Assembly (NCBI RefSeq): GCF_006345805.1
Contig: NC_043006.1
Span: 81,034,001-81,098,000, forward strand
Reading direction: 5' to 3'
Length of the DNA stretch: 64,000 bases
From: Octopus sinensis
Lineage: Eukaryota
This document shows, piece by piece, positions 61,004-64,000 of the stretch. The position numbers and the translations under genes are program-made. Below the pieces are notes generated by a model. The model was not told where the DNA came from and ran no database searches. It saw nothing but the letters and a program-made list of their open reading frames with translations. The number at the start of each line of letters is the position of its first letter. Within the stretch, counting starts at the first letter, position 1.

Positions 61004-64000
61004 TTTCAATCAGCAGGATATTGTGATAAGAAACAATAGTTCAGCTAGCTATCTGTGAGTTGATGAGGAAAACATAACGACGCAATGCTCGCCGCAAAAT
61101 TTGTTCTACTATTTTGACAGGATACAAGAAAGTTGAGCTTTCACAGCTATGTTACGTATCGATAACGAAGAAGGAGCGAAAACCTTTCGGGCGTGGCGTG
61201 GGAATAAATCCAGCTTTGGCTTTTGATAGGCTACTATAGATATGCAGATTCTGATTCTTGGTCGTTGTGTGCGGTTTTGTAAACGTTTTGTGGAGTTGAC
61301 TAGATTTAATAAATTGTACTTTGAAATTCCTATGATTTTCTCAGGGAGTTGAGCAAATTTTGACATTACTCATGATAAATATATCTCAGCTGCATATAAC
61401 GACAGTTGAGATATATTTATCGCGAGTGGTTCATTATTTGTGCGTACGAGCCTGATTGATATATGCACGATTCGTACATGTCTCCATCGGTTGATATCTG
61501 ACAAATGGAAATAGACGGCGATTTGATGGTGCCGTTAGGAAGAACGCAAACAAGGAAGATTTAATCGATTATTTCTGGTCCATAACTCTGTTAGTGGCAA
61601 AAGTTAAGATTTTGGTCAAGGTCAGTAATGTTATTTAGAATATGCAGAAGCGCAAATTTCCAGGCAAATCTGTTCTCCACTGAGATATATCTCAGAGAGG
61701 ATTAGTAATAAACGTGATTTCAGTATGGTTGTTATCGCCTTCGATCAATTTTAACTGAAGATTTTGGCGAGCCTTTGCGTTTTTTTGGCGATTGGTATTC
61801 TTTTACACTTACTCTCCATGGAAATGAATTCAGGCGTACATATATTTGTGGAATTGTCTGATATTCACTTCAATTCAATGCTTAAATAGTTCAGCAAATA
61901 AGTCAACGGAAATAATAGCGAGGCAATATACATGTATGCATGTGTATATATACACACACACATATTCATATATATATAAATGTGTGTGTGTGTGGTGTGT
62001 GTGTGTGTGTGCCTGTGCATTTATATCACCCGCCGACTCTTAGTCTATAGCAACAGTCCGGATACTTATTGATTCCACCACAAATATGGGCACTTACGCT
62101 CACGGATCTTTTCCTTTTGATAGCCAGATTTCAACACAATTTCTAACTTTGTTAACTAAACAATTTGAAACTTTGTACACTGGTAGAATGTGTCAAAAGA
62201 AAACATTATTTTGACTTGGCTTTTTTGATAAGTTTGTAATTTGTAAGTTTAACGTAGTTTAATTCTTCGAATTTTAACCAATGAATCGCCAGTATTTGAG
62301 CTGAAATCATATGCTGCGTCTATCATGAGAATGTTGAAGAGTTCACAAACCAGAAATCAGACTTAGTCTTTCATTAACATTCTCTTGATGAAATTCGGTG
62401 TTTCACTTCAATTAATGTTTGAAAATGATTAAGTATTTAGTAAGATAAGCTTGTAATTAAACATAAATACACATGAAATTTTGATGGCAGGCTTTATTTT
62501 ACATCGCTTTAAAACAGGGTGTTTCTATTGTAGAACCAAACACCCTCTTAGGTGGGTTAGTATCAAGAACATTTAAAATACATGTTTACGTAAACATGCC
62601 GCCTAATGTTTTAAGAACACAGAATATTTTCAAGATTAGACGGGAATCCTTTTTGAAGCGGAATAAAACAAATACTGACTTGATGTGTAATATTTATCAG
62701 ACCTGTGATTCTCAGAGAGATATATTTACTTAATAAATTTGAAATATTCTGCAACATACCGTAATCTCACTTGATAAGTACGGACATTCTTGTTATCTTT
62801 TATTTCATTCTGTTATTTGATTGCAGCCATACTGGAGCACCGCTTTGCAAACCGTGATTAATTTTTAACGATAAAAGTATCAGAATGAATTTTAGGTTAG
62901 CAAAATACAAACTTATAAACAGGCACGTATATTTTTTTACTGCTTAAAAGTGAATATTCACAGACGGACAATGGAGGAGATACCTGACCAGATAGAATGG
63001 ATAAAGTGGACTGGGAAGCAAAATTCTTCTGTAATGCCACATCAAAGCTTCGTAGAAGTACACGAAAGCTATTGCAATTCATACATGGCTTGAAGTCTAT
63101 CCGTTGTACTCAGTCTACTAAATTATACACCATGCTACACTATGGGTTGCTTATTAAATACAGGCAGACATCCCCCAAATCAGTCTATCTATCTATCTAT
63201 TTATTTCTCTGTTTTCTCTTAGTTTTTTTGTGTAAGCTGCATAGATTCATAAAGTGTGATGTACTTAAGTTGAAAGAGTATCTCCACTTAAGCAGTCGTT
63301 CGATACACGTAATAGAAACTATTTGACATGAATTTATATATTACCAGTTAAGTTCCATTCGTATAACTACTCTTCGATGAAATATCATTATTTCTTAAGA
63401 TTGTTTGCTTTTCACGCTTCCATCTCCATGCAAACTCACCGTTGTTGACGTCTTAGCTTCCCTTTCATCTATCACATAACAACTTACACTGTAAAGCTCA
63501 ATAAGAGCTTACAGTGTAAAGCTTTCCTTAATCCTTCTTTATTTGATCTGCGATCGCCTTGATTTGTTTACTTACATGTTATTCTTCCAAACGCAAGATA
63601 ATCTGATAGTTATAAGTTTTCGAGTAAAGAAAATCTAAAACGAATGTTTAATCTCATGGCTGTTTCAGATTTTGTCTGTAGCATTCTCAGAACAGAGGAT
63701 GGTGACTATTTTCAGTTTGAATGGCCGCAGGTCGATGACTGGTAAAATAATTATGAGGAAATCAGACGGGGAATATGGCTTATTCATAAGGCTTAGGGCA
63801 TAAATTTTCATAAGTTTTGAGAGCAATGACTTTATGCATGCAAACACATGGACACGTATGTACATACACACGCACATATTTACGAACAAATGTCTCTCTA
63901 CTTACCTGTCTATCTATCTCTCCATTTGTCTCTCTGTCTGTCTCTCTGATACATACATACATACATACATACATACATACATACATACATACATACATAC

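Noticed and set aside
61100-61800. Very old PLE N-terminal remnant on the minus strand (LDQNLNFC resembling L.KGLNF.P)
   Set aside because: One weak motif only.
62100-62575. piggyBac-like MITE remnant
   Set aside because: Recollected resemblance only; TIRs and TTAA sites are not demonstrable here.

Overview
AT-rich, microsatellite-dense animal genomic DNA. The tRNA-derived SINE families and simple-repeat load suggest an octopus-like cephalopod (recognition from memory, not verified). I cannot support any host protein-coding gene: most of the ORF track is translated microsatellite or transposon debris. The window holds SINEs, CR1-, RTE-, R4/Dong- and HERO-like LINE fragments, Tc1/mariner remnants, Helitron-like ends and one 100-N gap. 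The dominant signal is a Penelope-like element (PLE) and hammerhead ribozyme (HHR) system. (1) A young RT + GIY-YIG PLE at 38822-46267 has 3.0-kb inverted arms and three pseudo-LTRs, each with a type I HHR. (2) A non-coding, hairpin-rich ~550-560 bp tandem unit at 47793-49172 has one HHR in each of its two complete monomers, i.e. a retrozyme-like candidate circRNA source. (3) Several other short HHR-bearing families occur, including a 319-bp palindrome with an HHR in each arm and a diverged pair whose HHR helices are conserved in structure but not in sequence. By eye I count 10 HHR motifs with an intact CUGANGA/GAAA/NUH core, nearly all with a short self-complementary helix III. All RNA folds were assigned by manual base-pairing; none was computed or tested.
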